Notes under the pieces: model-generated
What the model was told of the DNA's origin: nothing
The model's database searches: none
The model's input: the letters and a program-made list of their open reading frames with translations, nothing else
Shown here: one piece after another, positions 18,732-27,936 of the stretch
Position numbering within the stretch: position 1 is the first letter of the stretch
How the letters are laid out: each line of letters starts with the position of its first letter
Program-made: the position numbers and the translations under genes
NCBI GenBank assembly: GCA_964365025.1
Contig: CAYIOJ010000001.1
Span: 42,475-106,474 of the forward strand
Length of the DNA: 64,000 nt
Source of the DNA: an uncultured Gammaproteobacteria bacterium
GTDB lineage: Bacteria > Patescibacteriota > Patescibacteriia > Magasanikbacterales > UBA10003
Direction: 5' to 3'

Positions 18732-19775
18732 CTAAAAAGAACCGTCAAATTTCTTAACATATTCTTCCGTTGGTTGAATCTCCTTCATCTGCGTTTGATT
18801 TTTACCAAGCACTTCCCAAACGGCCGAAACAATCTGGCCAGCTTGCGGGTAGAAAAATTCTTCCAATTTGTAGCTGGTGGGAGACGGTGATTCTGCCAAA
18901 CTTATCCGTTTAATCGGCGCTCGTAAATAAGACATGGCCTCCTCGGCCACGGTAGCGGCAATTTCGCTGGCCAGGCCGCACATTAAATGACCAGTATCAG
19001 CCACTACCAAATGACCGGTTTTTGTGACTGATGTCAAAACAGTTTGCTTATCCCACGGCTTTAAAGATCGCAAATCAATAATTTCCGCCTTTATTCCTTT
19101 TTCCGCCAAAATGGCGGCGGCTTTCATTGCTTCCAAAACCATCTGAGATATAGCGACGATAGTAACATCATCGCCTGATCTCATTATTTTGGCCGATCCC
19201 AAAGGAATGGTGTAATACTCTGTCGGAACGTCGCCAATTTCTTTATGCAACCAACGATGTTCTATAAAAATCACCGGACATTTTTCTTTAAAACTAGACA
19301 ACAGTAAGCCTTTCGCGTCATAAGGAGTAACTGGCATGACTACTTTTAATCCGGGTATATGCACAAATAATGATTGCAAACTTTGTGAATGTTGCGGCCC
19401 CTGGCCCCAGCCGCGGCCGATGATCGCCCGTAAAATAATCGGCGCGGACATCCGACCGCCATAAGTATAGCTCCATTTAGCCGCGTGATTAACGATTTGA
19501 TCCATGGCCAAAAGCATAAAATCATCACGCGCATATACCAGCATAGGGTGCATCCCCATCACGGCCGCGCCCAGAACCACGCCAGTTAAAGCATTTTCAG
19601 ACAGCGGCGTATCTTCCACTCTTTTTGAACCAAACTTCAAAAAGGCCTCGCGAGTGGTATTAAAAATACCAGCGGCGTCATCGACTCCCTCGCCTAACAC
19701 AAAAATTTCCGGCTGTCTCTCCATGGCGAGAACAATTGCTTCGCTAACGGCTTGGGCATAGGTAATCTCACGCAT
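18732..19775 (-). CDS. Alpha-ketoacid dehydrogenase / transketolase-like E1 component, beta subunit.
   Basis: N-terminal REAIxxAM-like MREITYAQAVSEAIVLAMERQPEIFVLGEGV. 347 aa with a C-terminal transketolase-C-like region. Confidence 0.65.
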   Translation of the reverse strand: MREITYAQAVSEAIVLAMERQPEIFVLGEGVDDAAGIFNTTREAFLKFGSKRVEDTPLSENALTGVVLGAAVMGMHPMLVYARDDFMLLAMDQIVNHAAKWSYTYGGRMSAPIILRAIIGRGWGQGPQHSQSLQSLFVHIPGLKVVMPVTPYDAKGLLLSSFKEKCPVIFIEHRWLHKEIGDVPTEYYTIPLGSAKIMRSGDDVTIVAISQMVLEAMKAAAILAEKGIKAEIIDLRSLKPWDKQTVLTSVTKTGHLVVADTGHLMCGLASEIAATVAEEAMSYLRAPIKRISLAESPSPTSYKLEEFFYPQAGQIVSAVWEVLGKNQTQMKEIQPTEEYVKKFDGSF

Positions 19776-19777
19776 AT

Positions 19778-20758
19778 CTAAACAGGATAAACAAATTTTA
19801 ATAAATCTTCTTGGCTGGGAAAAGGACTGTTTTTAGCAAAATTAACCGCCCCCTCAATCTCTTCTGACAAATCTTTGGTAATTTTATTCTTTTCGTCCAG
19901 AGAAAGGATTTGTTCACTCAAAAGATAATCCTCAAATGTTCTAACAGGACAATGCTTCATCCAGTCGCTAACTTCGCACGCCGGACGATGGCCATGCTCC
20001 TGGTCGCAATTAGGGCCAACATGCTCGCGCCAACGATAGGTGCGACACTCCAAAAGAGTCGGACCATTGCCAAAACGCGCCCGCGCTATCGCTTCCTGGC
20101 CTGCTTGATACACGGCCAAGACATCATTACCATCTACAGCCTGTCCGGGCATATTAAAGGCGGCGGCATGAGTAAAAATATCCATATTTTTGCGCCGCGC
20201 TTCCAGACGAGACAAAACCGCATAAAAATTATTTTCGCAAACAAAAACTATTGGTAAATTTTTTAAAGACGCGTAATTCAAGCTCTCAAAAAAAACGCCT
20301 TCGTCAGCTCCGCCATCGCCAAAAAAACTTATTGCCACTCTTTTTTCATCGCGTTTCTGGAAAGCTAACGCTGCTCCAGTTGCAATGGGAATAGTGCCGC
20401 CGACAATAGACGAAGCGGCTATAAAACCAGTCTGGGGAGCCGTCAAATGCATTGAACCGCCGATACCTCGGCTGCAACCAGTGACCTTGCCATAAAGTTC
20501 AGCCAGCATTTCTTTAATTGACCCGCCCATAGCCAAATAATGAGCATGACAGCGATGATGGCTGAAGACGGCGTCAGTCGGCCCCAAAAGTTGGCAAATC
20601 CCAGCGGCAATCGCTTCTTCGCCGATCGACAAATGAGTGGGACAACGCATCTCTTGTTCCGGATACAACTCAATAATCTTTTCGCTTACCAAACGGATCT
20701 TCAACATTCTATAATAAAGATCTTTTAAAATTTCCGGCAATACATTTTCAGCTTTCAT
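19778..20758 (-). CDS. TPP-dependent dehydrogenase E1 component, alpha subunit.
   Basis: TPP-binding GDGGADEG...NN motif (FFGDGGADEGVFFESLNYA...VCENN); 326 aa. Confidence 0.65.
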   Translation of the reverse strand: MKAENVLPEILKDLYYRMLKIRLVSEKIIELYPEQEMRCPTHLSIGEEAIAAGICQLLGPTDAVFSHHRCHAHYLAMGGSIKEMLAELYGKVTGCSRGIGGSMHLTAPQTGFIAASSIVGGTIPIATGAALAFQKRDEKRVAISFFGDGGADEGVFFESLNYASLKNLPIVFVCENNFYAVLSRLEARRKNMDIFTHAAAFNMPGQAVDGNDVLAVYQAGQEAIARARFGNGPTLLECRTYRWREHVGPNCDQEHGHRPACEVSDWMKHCPVRTFEDYLLSEQILSLDEKNKITKDLSEEIEGAVNFAKNSPFPSQEDLLKFVYPV

Positions 20759-20761
20759 ATA

Positions 20762-21856
20762 TTAAATAAAATTAACGTGTTCGGGCGGTTGATTTTTGAG
20801 CTGCCACAAAAAGCGATTGACTTCGTCCATCCGGCAATTATTACGGCATTCGGTGATATTAAAATTATCCTTCAACAAAGCCCAATTATTTTTTCTTTTT
20901 TCTCCTTCCCAAATTTCAACAAACGATTGCTGGTTGATGTTGCCGCAGTTGAATCGTTCATCGCTTAAAAAAGCGCTGCAACTGTATAAATCTCCGTTAG
21001 CCATAAGATAGGCCCAGAAAAACGGCGTGGCATGGCAGATTTGGTAAGATTTTTCTTGCGCGTCCCACTTTTTCATGGTGCGATCGCGGAAGATGGCGCT
21101 AAATTTATCATCGGATATTTTTTTTAATTCTTCCGCCAATCCTAAAAATGATTCGTATTTAATGTCTTCATAGCGCTTAGTCAAACTAAAATGATGTTGC
21201 GAGTACGGTTTGACGACAAAATAATCTAAACCAATTTCTTTCAACAGATTAGCTAAAGCTACGACCTCGTGCTTATTTTCTGGCAATAAAATCATCTGCG
21301 CTCCCAGTGTGCAATTAAGGCCTCCGGCCCTTTTGATTTCTACAGCTCTTTTCAAATTTTGAATCACGCGATGGAAATCATCCGATTGAGCGCGGTGGAT
21401 TTGTTGATATGTCTCGGGTGAGCCGGCATTTAAACTAACCTTAATCCAGGTGATTGAAGACAGAGCTTTTTGTAAAAATTTCTCTGAAAGCAGAACGCCA
21501 TTAGTTGTGTAGGAGACATCAATGCCGGAGGACTTCGCGTGATTGGTTAACTCAATAATTTGCGGATGCAACAAGGGTTCGCCTTCTCCGCCAAACATGA
21601 CGCTTTTGACTTTTTTCTCGCCCATTTGCGTCAAAGCGGATGTTAATTTTTCCGTATTTAAAAATACCGGTTTGTAGCCAATATAATCCACGGCGCAAAA
21701 AACACAACGATGATTGCAGGCGCCGGAAGGCGAAATTTCAATATAGATAGGATAAACTTTTTTGGCCTTTTCCCAGTCATCGCCGGCTTGCAGCCATTCA
21801 GCTACGCGCTCCGGATGATAAACTATTTTTTGGTTGTCTATACCGTATTTATCCAT
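20762..21856 (-). CDS. Radical SAM enzyme (paralog of 16921..18024).
   Basis: SPSGACNHRCVFCAV (Cx3Cx2C), GGEGEPLL SAM motif, C-terminal cysteines CSAFLSDERFNCG...CRNNC, ends ...VNFI. Confidence 0.6.
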   Translation of the reverse strand: MDKYGIDNQKIVYHPERVAEWLQAGDDWEKAKKVYPIYIEISPSGACNHRCVFCAVDYIGYKPVFLNTEKLTSALTQMGEKKVKSVMFGGEGEPLLHPQIIELTNHAKSSGIDVSYTTNGVLLSEKFLQKALSSITWIKVSLNAGSPETYQQIHRAQSDDFHRVIQNLKRAVEIKRAGGLNCTLGAQMILLPENKHEVVALANLLKEIGLDYFVVKPYSQHHFSLTKRYEDIKYESFLGLAEELKKISDDKFSAIFRDRTMKKWDAQEKSYQICHATPFFWAYLMANGDLYSCSAFLSDERFNCGNINQQSFVEIWEGEKRKNNWALLKDNFNITECRNNCRMDEVNRFLWQLKNQPPEHVNFI

Positions 21857-21994
21857 AATTTTAAACTTAAACTACCATCATAATTTATCAAAAAATAGTA
21901 ATTATGTCAAAATTCCGCCAAAAAAAAGTGCCCGACGGATTAGTTCTTTTTTTGAGAACATCCGCAAGGCACTGATAAGTTGTTTTATATGGCT

Positions 21995-22690
21995 CTAACT
22001 AAGGTTTTCAATCAGGGCGGGAACATTGATTTCCCGCCAGTCAAAAAAGACGCGACAGGCGCCTGCATCAACAAGAGCGCCGACAGTTGAACCGCGAATG
22101 ACGACTGGCATGCCGACGGCCTTGGAGCCGGCAGCAATAGCGGCCTGCACGCCGCGAGGTGAATCCTCAAAGACGAGCTGTTGGCGCGGATCGATTCCCA
22201 TGATCGAGGCCGTTTTCAGGAAAACATCAGGCGCCGGTTTGAGCCGCTTAACATGCTCACGAAGAATGATGCTGTCCCTTCCGAAATGGTCCAAAAGGCC
22301 AGACCCTTCCAGAAGCCGCCCCGCCTCCTGTTCTGGCGTGAGCGAGCCAATGGAGACGGAGATATTCAAGCCACGGACAGTTTTCAGGAAGCCGAAGAAT
22401 CCTGGCCTAGCAGAAATCGCCGTACCCGCAAGGTTCTCTCTGTAGTAATGCTCCGTGCGTTGACGAATATAATCTGACGATATTGACTTCTGCTGTTCAG
22501 CATTCAACAGATTCCAGATGTCCACGTGGACATCTGGCCCGCCAATGAAACGAGGAAGTCTAACCAAGGCCTCTTCATACGAAAGATCGATTCCGACCTC
22601 CTTTGCTGAAGCAAGGTGCGCGGCATGATGAGCCGCCTCAACATCAACGACAGTACCTTCTAGGTCAAAAGCGATGCCACGAATTAACAT
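21995..22690 (-). CDS. HAD-superfamily hydrolase (beta-phosphoglucomutase-like subfamily IA).
   Basis: IRGIAFDLEGTVVD (DxxGT motif I) and C-terminal FEDSPRGVQAAIAAG (motif III/IV). The region is GC-rich. Confidence 0.55.
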   Translation of the reverse strand: MLIRGIAFDLEGTVVDVEAAHHAAHLASAKEVGIDLSYEEALVRLPRFIGGPDVHVDIWNLLNAEQQKSISSDYIRQRTEHYYRENLAGTAISARPGFFGFLKTVRGLNISVSIGSLTPEQEAGRLLEGSGLLDHFGRDSIILREHVKRLKPAPDVFLKTASIMGIDPRQQLVFEDSPRGVQAAIAAGSKAVGMPVVIRGSTVGALVDAGACRVFFDWREINVPALIENLS

Positions 22691-22694
22691 GGTA

Positions 22695-23579
22695 CTACTC
22701 TCCTTTCTTGAGGGCGAGCCAAAGACTCGACCCTACGATGAGGGTTCCGCCGATCACTACTTGTGTCGTCAGTGGTTCGCGCAGGATCAAAAACGCGTAC
22801 ACGATCGCAAAGACCGGTTCACTCTTCCCAAGAATTGAAACGTGCAGTGAACGCGTCTTGCTGATTCCGTAGTTGTGGATTCCGGAAGCAACGACAGCAA
22901 AGGCCAGGCCGAAACCGATGAGTGGAATGACGTCAGAACTCTGCAACTCTCCCAGTTTCATCCAAGGCGTGACGGCAAGGAGGAGCACGGTGCTCATCGC
23001 ATACCGCCAGAAGTTTACCGCGCTGATCGTAATGCCCCTATCTGGATTGAGAATCGTGCGATAAAGCACGATGAGAAAAGCGTAAAAAAGTCCGGAAATC
23101 ACGCCGAGCGTAATTCCCACTAGATGGGATTTCTCACCACTCGTTCCGAGCTGATTGCTGTAGAGCGCCACAATGCCCGCAAGAGAAACAACGAGCGCCA
23201 CCCATTCATCTTTACGCGTACGCTCACGTAGTAGAAGCGGTGCGAGAATCAAAAGAAAAATCGAAACCGATTGATGTGCTACTGCCGCGTTCGCCACCGA
23301 TGTCATGGTGAACGCGAAAAAGTAACACAAGTCGTTCATGGTTGCTGTTACAGCAAGCGTGGCAAGAAGAATGTAATCGCGTTTCGTAAGGCGGGGCATT
23401 CCCTGGAGGCGGGCAATGATAAAAAAACTTATCATGCCGACCACCTGAAATATGCCCAGAAATGTGAGAGGAGAAATCTGCGGGCAGAGCCGCAAAAAAA
23501 GTGAGTATGACCCAAATATCGCCATAGCAACTAGTACGAGTAGGTCACCGGAAAATGTCCGCTTGGTTTCCATGGCCAA
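22695..23579 (-). CDS. DMT/EamA-family transporter.
   Basis: 294 aa, 10 predicted TM helices in a two-repeat arrangement; GC-rich codon usage. Confidence 0.45.
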   Translation of the reverse strand: MAMETKRTFSGDLLVLVAMAIFGSYSLFLRLCPQISPLTFLGIFQVVGMISFFIIARLQGMPRLTKRDYILLATLAVTATMNDLCYFFAFTMTSVANAAVAHQSVSIFLLILAPLLLRERTRKDEWVALVVSLAGIVALYSNQLGTSGEKSHLVGITLGVISGLFYAFLIVLYRTILNPDRGITISAVNFWRYAMSTVLLLAVTPWMKLGELQSSDVIPLIGFGLAFAVVASGIHNYGISKTRSLHVSILGKSEPVFAIVYAFLILREPLTTQVVIGGTLIVGSSLWLALKKGE

Positions 23580-23648
23580 CTTCCTTTCTAACTAAAATGT
23601 CAAAGAGCCATCGTTACTTTATAGCACAATCATATCTGAACGTCAAGT

Positions 23649-23678
23649 AAAAAAACCGCCTTGAGTTATTCAAAGCGG
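23649..23678 (-). terminator. Rho-independent terminator for the 23698..24459 gene (minus strand).
   Basis: On the minus-strand RNA, CCGCUUUG/CAAGGCGG forms an 8-bp stem (one G-U wobble) with a 7-nt loop, followed by a U7 run (A-run 23649-23655 on the plus strand). Confidence 0.5.
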
Positions 23679-23697
23679 CAGGGACTGTCTTTTGGTT

Positions 23698-24459
23698 TTA
23701 ATGGACCGAAACGCCAAAGTCTCCAAATCTGGCTCGGGCAACCAAGTAGAGAGACAGCGGCGTGACCGGACCATACTTGTCCCTCTCACAAAACATGACC
23801 TGGATAACATTGTTAGGAGTAAGTTGGAAGGGCAAAACCTCGCCTTCCCACTTGTCTTCGGCCTTCTCCCAACTGACCTTGAGTTCACCAATGGTTTCCT
23901 TAAGGGAAACCATGACGACCAGTGTATGGTGGTACTTGGCCGCTGGCGGGCTAACTTGGACCAACCCAAGCACCTTGAGCTGGGAGAATCCTACAGTTAC
24001 CCCAAACTCTTCCAGCATTTCTTGGACGATGTGGTGGAAAAAACGAGGATGAGGGGGCGTACAGCCCGGCACCCTAATTCCGCCTCCGACAGTGGCGGCA
24101 ATGGAGGCCACTGGCGCCTGCAAAGCCACAAAGCCATCAGAAGTGATTGGTATCATAGCCACGCCCAACCAACCCAGCACCATCCCTTGCTTGTAGTCAG
24201 ATGACACAACATCAAGAAGCAATCTTGCGCCATCATCAGAAAATTGGAAACCATCCAATCTCACGGTCGCGCCTGCAAAAGCCTTGGGATTCTTTGCGAG
24301 GACATCTTGCCAAGACGCCTCAATCCTGGCTTGCTGATTAGGGTCAATGAGAGTTGCTCCCCCTTTTTCAGTAAAGACGACATCATCTATCGAAAACGAT
24401 CTGTCAACAAGTATCTGCACCAGCGGATCACTGAACCGCAGCGTCGTTTCAGCATACAC
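23698..24459 (-). CDS. Hypothetical protein with a degenerate Nudix-like box (Nudix-fold candidate).
   Basis: 253 aa, GC-rich. The segment GGGIRVPGCTPPHPRFFHHIVQEMLEEFGV matches the second half of the Nudix box (REUxEExGU as QEMLEEFGV) but lacks the first conserved Glu. Confidence 0.25.
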   Translation of the reverse strand: MYAETTLRFSDPLVQILVDRSFSIDDVVFTEKGGATLIDPNQQARIEASWQDVLAKNPKAFAGATVRLDGFQFSDDGARLLLDVVSSDYKQGMVLGWLGVAMIPITSDGFVALQAPVASIAATVGGGIRVPGCTPPHPRFFHHIVQEMLEEFGVTVGFSQLKVLGLVQVSPPAAKYHHTLVVMVSLKETIGELKVSWEKAEDKWEGEVLPFQLTPNNVIQVMFCERDKYGPVTPLSLYLVARARFGDFGVSVH

Positions 24460-24469
24460 GGGACACCTC

Positions 24470-25093
24470 CTAATTGATCACTTGTGAAAACATGCCAAGC
24501 CCGAACTCTTTATAGCTAACGAAATCATGCCTGGCAATGTCTCTAGCCACGCCGGTCAGGAAAAAGCCGGGTTTGTCAATATTTTCGGCCCACTTTTGCA
24601 GATGTGCTTCCACTTGCTCGCATCTGGTCCAACCCTTATTCCCAGCCGTGACCACGAGATGCACTGGCGCTCTATAACGCCAGAGTTTGTCAGCGTCACG
24701 CACCAAGGCATCTTCCATAGCGTAAAAGCCCTGACGAGTGTCGTGCTGAGCGATAATGGTAAGAATGGCGCCGATACAGGCCGGGCTGTAATTGACCGAA
24801 CACAGAATCTTTAGCGCCAAATCCAGAGCATAGATTTGATGCTCCAAGCGCGCCGTATACTCCGCCTCTTTACTCGGCGGATTGTAGGCGATGAGGAGCT
24901 TGTCGGCCGGCATCATGCTCCAACCAATATCGTGGAACATAATGGCCGGAACCACAATTCGCGCCTTGGCCGAAGGGATTCGCGCCAAAAGCCGCAGGGC
25001 ATAACCAGTAGCAATGGCCGCGTGTCCCGTGTCGTTGCGCTTGTCTTGATACGGCAGAGCCAATTTCCAGATTTGTGCGAATTTTGTTTTCAC
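24470..25093 (-). CDS. HD-domain metal-dependent phosphohydrolase.
   Basis: GHAAIATGYALRL ... IMFHDIGW ... RDADKL gives the H...HD...D pattern; 207 aa. Confidence 0.55.
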   Translation of the reverse strand: MKTKFAQIWKLALPYQDKRNDTGHAAIATGYALRLLARIPSAKARIVVPAIMFHDIGWSMMPADKLLIAYNPPSKEAEYTARLEHQIYALDLALKILCSVNYSPACIGAILTIIAQHDTRQGFYAMEDALVRDADKLWRYRAPVHLVVTAGNKGWTRCEQVEAHLQKWAENIDKPGFFLTGVARDIARHDFVSYKEFGLGMFSQVIN

Positions 25094-25155
25094 TTACGCC
25101 TCCTGTGCGTTGAATTGATAAGGTGCAATGCTAAAATTAAGCCTACTAAAAATAC

Positions 25156-25181
25156 AAAAAAAGTCAAGACGCGGCTTGACT
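25156..25181 (-). terminator. Rho-independent terminator ending the minus-strand heptose / radical SAM operon.
   Basis: 7-bp stem agtcaag/cttgact with loop acgcgg. On the minus-strand RNA it is followed by U7 (plus-strand A-run 25156-25162), 34 nt downstream of the 25215 stop. Confidence 0.55.
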
Positions 25182-25214
25182 ATGCGCTATCCACCCTATG
25201 GTGAATAAAGCACT

Positions 25215-26648
25215 TTATTTATCTTCTGTGCTAGAAAAAATATTTTTGGACTTGAACAATTTAGGGAAGAAAGTCTGCAAACCGAAATAAATATCCAAAA
25301 ACAAAGTTTTATTTTTAAGAGACAACCACACTCTTCTTAAAAGATAACGCGGATTAAAATAAAAATTTTGATAATACTTTTCTAATATCTCATGTGACAA
25401 GTTGGGATGATTGTAAATATCACCGGCCTGATGAAGGTTGTAAAGACGCCAGTCGCGACTCTTAATCAACCCCTGACTCTCACATTGAGAGTACAACTCC
25501 GTGCCTGGGAAAGGAACGGTGATGGTAACTTTGGCATAATCCGGTACCAAATCCAAGGCCAGTTTAGTGGTCTTCTTCAAACTTTCTTCGGAATCAGCCG
25601 GCAAACCAAACATGAAAAAGCCAATACTTTCCAGTCCCGCCTTTCTGACCAGCTTCATAGCGGCATAACTATCTTCAACTTTAATATTTTTGCAAATGGA
25701 ATCCAGACTGGCCTGATCACCGGATTCAAATCCAATTGATACTTGATATAGCCCCGCCCGCTTGGCTAAATTGAGAAACTCCAAATCCATTGAATCAACT
25801 CGCAATCCGGCCGACAGTGTCCATGGAAATTTCAAATTTCTTTGAATTATCAGTTCACAAATTTTTTTCGCCCTCGCCATATCTGTAGTGAACATATCAT
25901 CAAGAATACGGATCTCCCTTATGCCGCAATTTAACATATATTCAATTTCATCTACCGCCAACTCAACCGAACGGGCGCGAAAACGCCGGCCAAAAATATT
26001 TTTGTTACAAAAAGTACAGCCAAAAACGCAGCCGCGACTGCTCATATAATTACACATCGGACTCAAACGATTTAAAACGCGCGGACATTTATATCTTTTT
26101 AGGTCAAACAAATCCAACGCTGGGAATGGCAGCCAATTCAAATCGTTAGTCGGAAAACGCGGCGGGGTGTTTAAAATTTGTCCTTCTTCTTTATAATAAA
26201 TACCGGCAACTTCTTTTAATGGCTTTTCTTTTAAAATATCAACCAGTGTCAGTTCACCCTCGCCATAAATTAAAATTTCAAAATGAGAATCTCGCAATGT
26301 TTCAACGGGTAGTGCGGTGGCATGTGGTCCGCCAATAATCAATTTTGTTCTATTGCCCAAGTGATCTTTAATAATTTTACTTAAAGTGACGGCTTCAAAA
26401 AAAAGCGGGGTGGTGGCGGTTAAGCCAATAAATCGCGGATTATATTCGTCCAATTTTTTGTGCAAAAGCCGATATGGATTAAGCTCAATGCCTAAATCAA
26501 TAATTTTAACCTTAAATCTTTCTTTACGCGCCGCCGCGGCGAGATAAGCAAAAGACAACAAAGGATAATTTTGCGTCGCGGCATTAATCCTGGTGCCGGA
26601 ATAGGAAGAAAAAGCCGATGGTAAGTTGATCAATAATAAATCCACCAT
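25215..26648 (-). CDS. Cobalamin-binding radical SAM enzyme (class B).
   Basis: N-terminal B12-binding-like domain, then MSSRGCVFGCTFCNK (Cx3Cx2C); 477 aa. Confidence 0.65.
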   Translation of the reverse strand: MVDLLLINLPSAFSSYSGTRINAATQNYPLLSFAYLAAAARKERFKVKIIDLGIELNPYRLLHKKLDEYNPRFIGLTATTPLFFEAVTLSKIIKDHLGNRTKLIIGGPHATALPVETLRDSHFEILIYGEGELTLVDILKEKPLKEVAGIYYKEEGQILNTPPRFPTNDLNWLPFPALDLFDLKRYKCPRVLNRLSPMCNYMSSRGCVFGCTFCNKNIFGRRFRARSVELAVDEIEYMLNCGIREIRILDDMFTTDMARAKKICELIIQRNLKFPWTLSAGLRVDSMDLEFLNLAKRAGLYQVSIGFESGDQASLDSICKNIKVEDSYAAMKLVRKAGLESIGFFMFGLPADSEESLKKTTKLALDLVPDYAKVTITVPFPGTELYSQCESQGLIKSRDWRLYNLHQAGDIYNHPNLSHEILEKYYQNFYFNPRYLLRRVWLSLKNKTLFLDIYFGLQTFFPKLFKSKNIFSSTEDK

Positions 26649-26650
26649 AT

Positions 26651-27286
26651 TTAATCAGTTCTAATTTCACCTTCTATTTTATCAACTGCGGCTGAAAAAA
26701 CATCCACAGCCGCATATTTATTATTAGTCAGTGATAAAACCTTAACCTTTTCAAATTCATTAATATATTTTTCGTCTTTTATAATAATTCCACAACCGCC
26801 GGCATTAACGCCCATTGCAGCATCATCAAAACGATTGCCAATGGCAAAAATACGATGTTGCGTGTAATCAATACCAAGCTCCTTGGCTGCTTTATCTAAC
26901 ATCCCTATGCTGGGCTTACGCAAAGACGTGGCGTCCTTGACCACCCAAGGCGTGTTTAAATCTAGGCCTTGTTTAGAGGCCCAATCAAAATCAACAAAAG
27001 GGCAAATTTGCCAATTATCAATAATAGCGCCAGCGGCGCGCAATAATTTATCAATTTCCTTGTTAATATCCAAAATCGTTTCTAAACTAAAATAGCCGCG
27101 AGCCACTCCAAACTGATTGCTCGCGACTATGACTTTGGCGAAAAGATTTAACCTTTTAATTCCCTCAACCACCCCGTCTAACAATCGCAATTGTTTGTGC
27201 CAATCCGGGTCGCGGCCAAACCAGCCGGGATCAAAATTAATCGTGCCGTCGCGATCCAAAATCACCAAAATTTTGTTCCGCAACAT
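26651..27286 (-). CDS. gmhB: HAD-IIIA hydrolase, D-glycero-D-manno-heptose 1,7-bisphosphate phosphatase-like.
   Basis: ILVILDRDGTIN (the GmhB DRDGT motif) and the GNRFDD motif IV. Confidence 0.55.
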   Translation of the reverse strand: MLRNKILVILDRDGTINFDPGWFGRDPDWHKQLRLLDGVVEGIKRLNLFAKVIVASNQFGVARGYFSLETILDINKEIDKLLRAAGAIIDNWQICPFVDFDWASKQGLDLNTPWVVKDATSLRKPSIGMLDKAAKELGIDYTQHRIFAIGNRFDDAAMGVNAGGCGIIIKDEKYINEFEKVKVLSLTNNKYAAVDVFSAAVDKIEGEIRTD

Positions 27287-27294
27287 AGATAAAT

Positions 27295-27924
27295 TTAAAC
27301 AAGATTATTAAGCGGGCCGCCGCCATTTCTTTCATTGGTGGTGATAAATTGATTTCTATAAAAAACAATCTGCTCCAAAATGCAATCGCAAATAAGCAAA
27401 TGAGTGGATTCAACTTTATTAAAATGCTTGCTCGCCACGTGAAAATTAAGATTACCGACTTTGCGCAAACGATTGGTCGGTTCAAAACCGGAAAAAGTAA
27501 TAATATGACAACCGCAACGACGCGCTTCTTCTGTTGCCAAGACAATATTTTCGGAATTTCCTGACGAACTTATGGCCACTAAAACATCACCGGCATCGGC
27601 AAACATATTGATTGGTCTAGCGAAGACATGGCTGTAACCAAAATCATTACTAACGCAAGTCAAAAGCGCGTCGTCGCTAAAACTAACGCCTCTAACTTTT
27701 CCGGTAAACCAAAAATCCAAGGCCTTGTGATTAGCCACCGCGGCGCTGCCGCCATTGCCGATAAAAATCACCTTTTTCCCTTTGGAATTGGAAGAAATTA
27801 TTAAATCGGTGGCCTCGCGAATACCCAGACGAAAATCCATGGTTTGGCTGTTCAAGTCAGTAACTTGAGTGCCTAAAAATAAATCATGAATGTTCTGTAT
27901 GTAATTATGCACTAATTCATCCAT
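27295..27924 (-). CDS. gmhA: SIS-domain sedoheptulose-7-phosphate isomerase.
   Basis: KVIFIGNGGSAAVANH is the characteristic GmhA GNGGSAA motif. 209 aa, SIS-domain length. Confidence 0.7.
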   Translation of the reverse strand: MDELVHNYIQNIHDLFLGTQVTDLNSQTMDFRLGIREATDLIISSNSKGKKVIFIGNGGSAAVANHKALDFWFTGKVRGVSFSDDALLTCVSNDFGYSHVFARPINMFADAGDVLVAISSSGNSENIVLATEEARRCGCHIITFSGFEPTNRLRKVGNLNFHVASKHFNKVESTHLLICDCILEQIVFYRNQFITTNERNGGGPLNNLV

Positions 27925-27936
27925 ACTAGATAAAAA

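Noticed and set aside
22026-23504. Plus-strand ORFs inside the GC-rich island (22026..22445, 22181..22477, 22603..22872, 22875..23123, 23271..23504) and 23692..24204(+) opposite the Nudix-like gene.
   Set aside because: These are GC-driven open frames antisense to genes with recognisable HAD and EamA motifs. The low-complexity Arg/Pro-rich translations are typical of noise.
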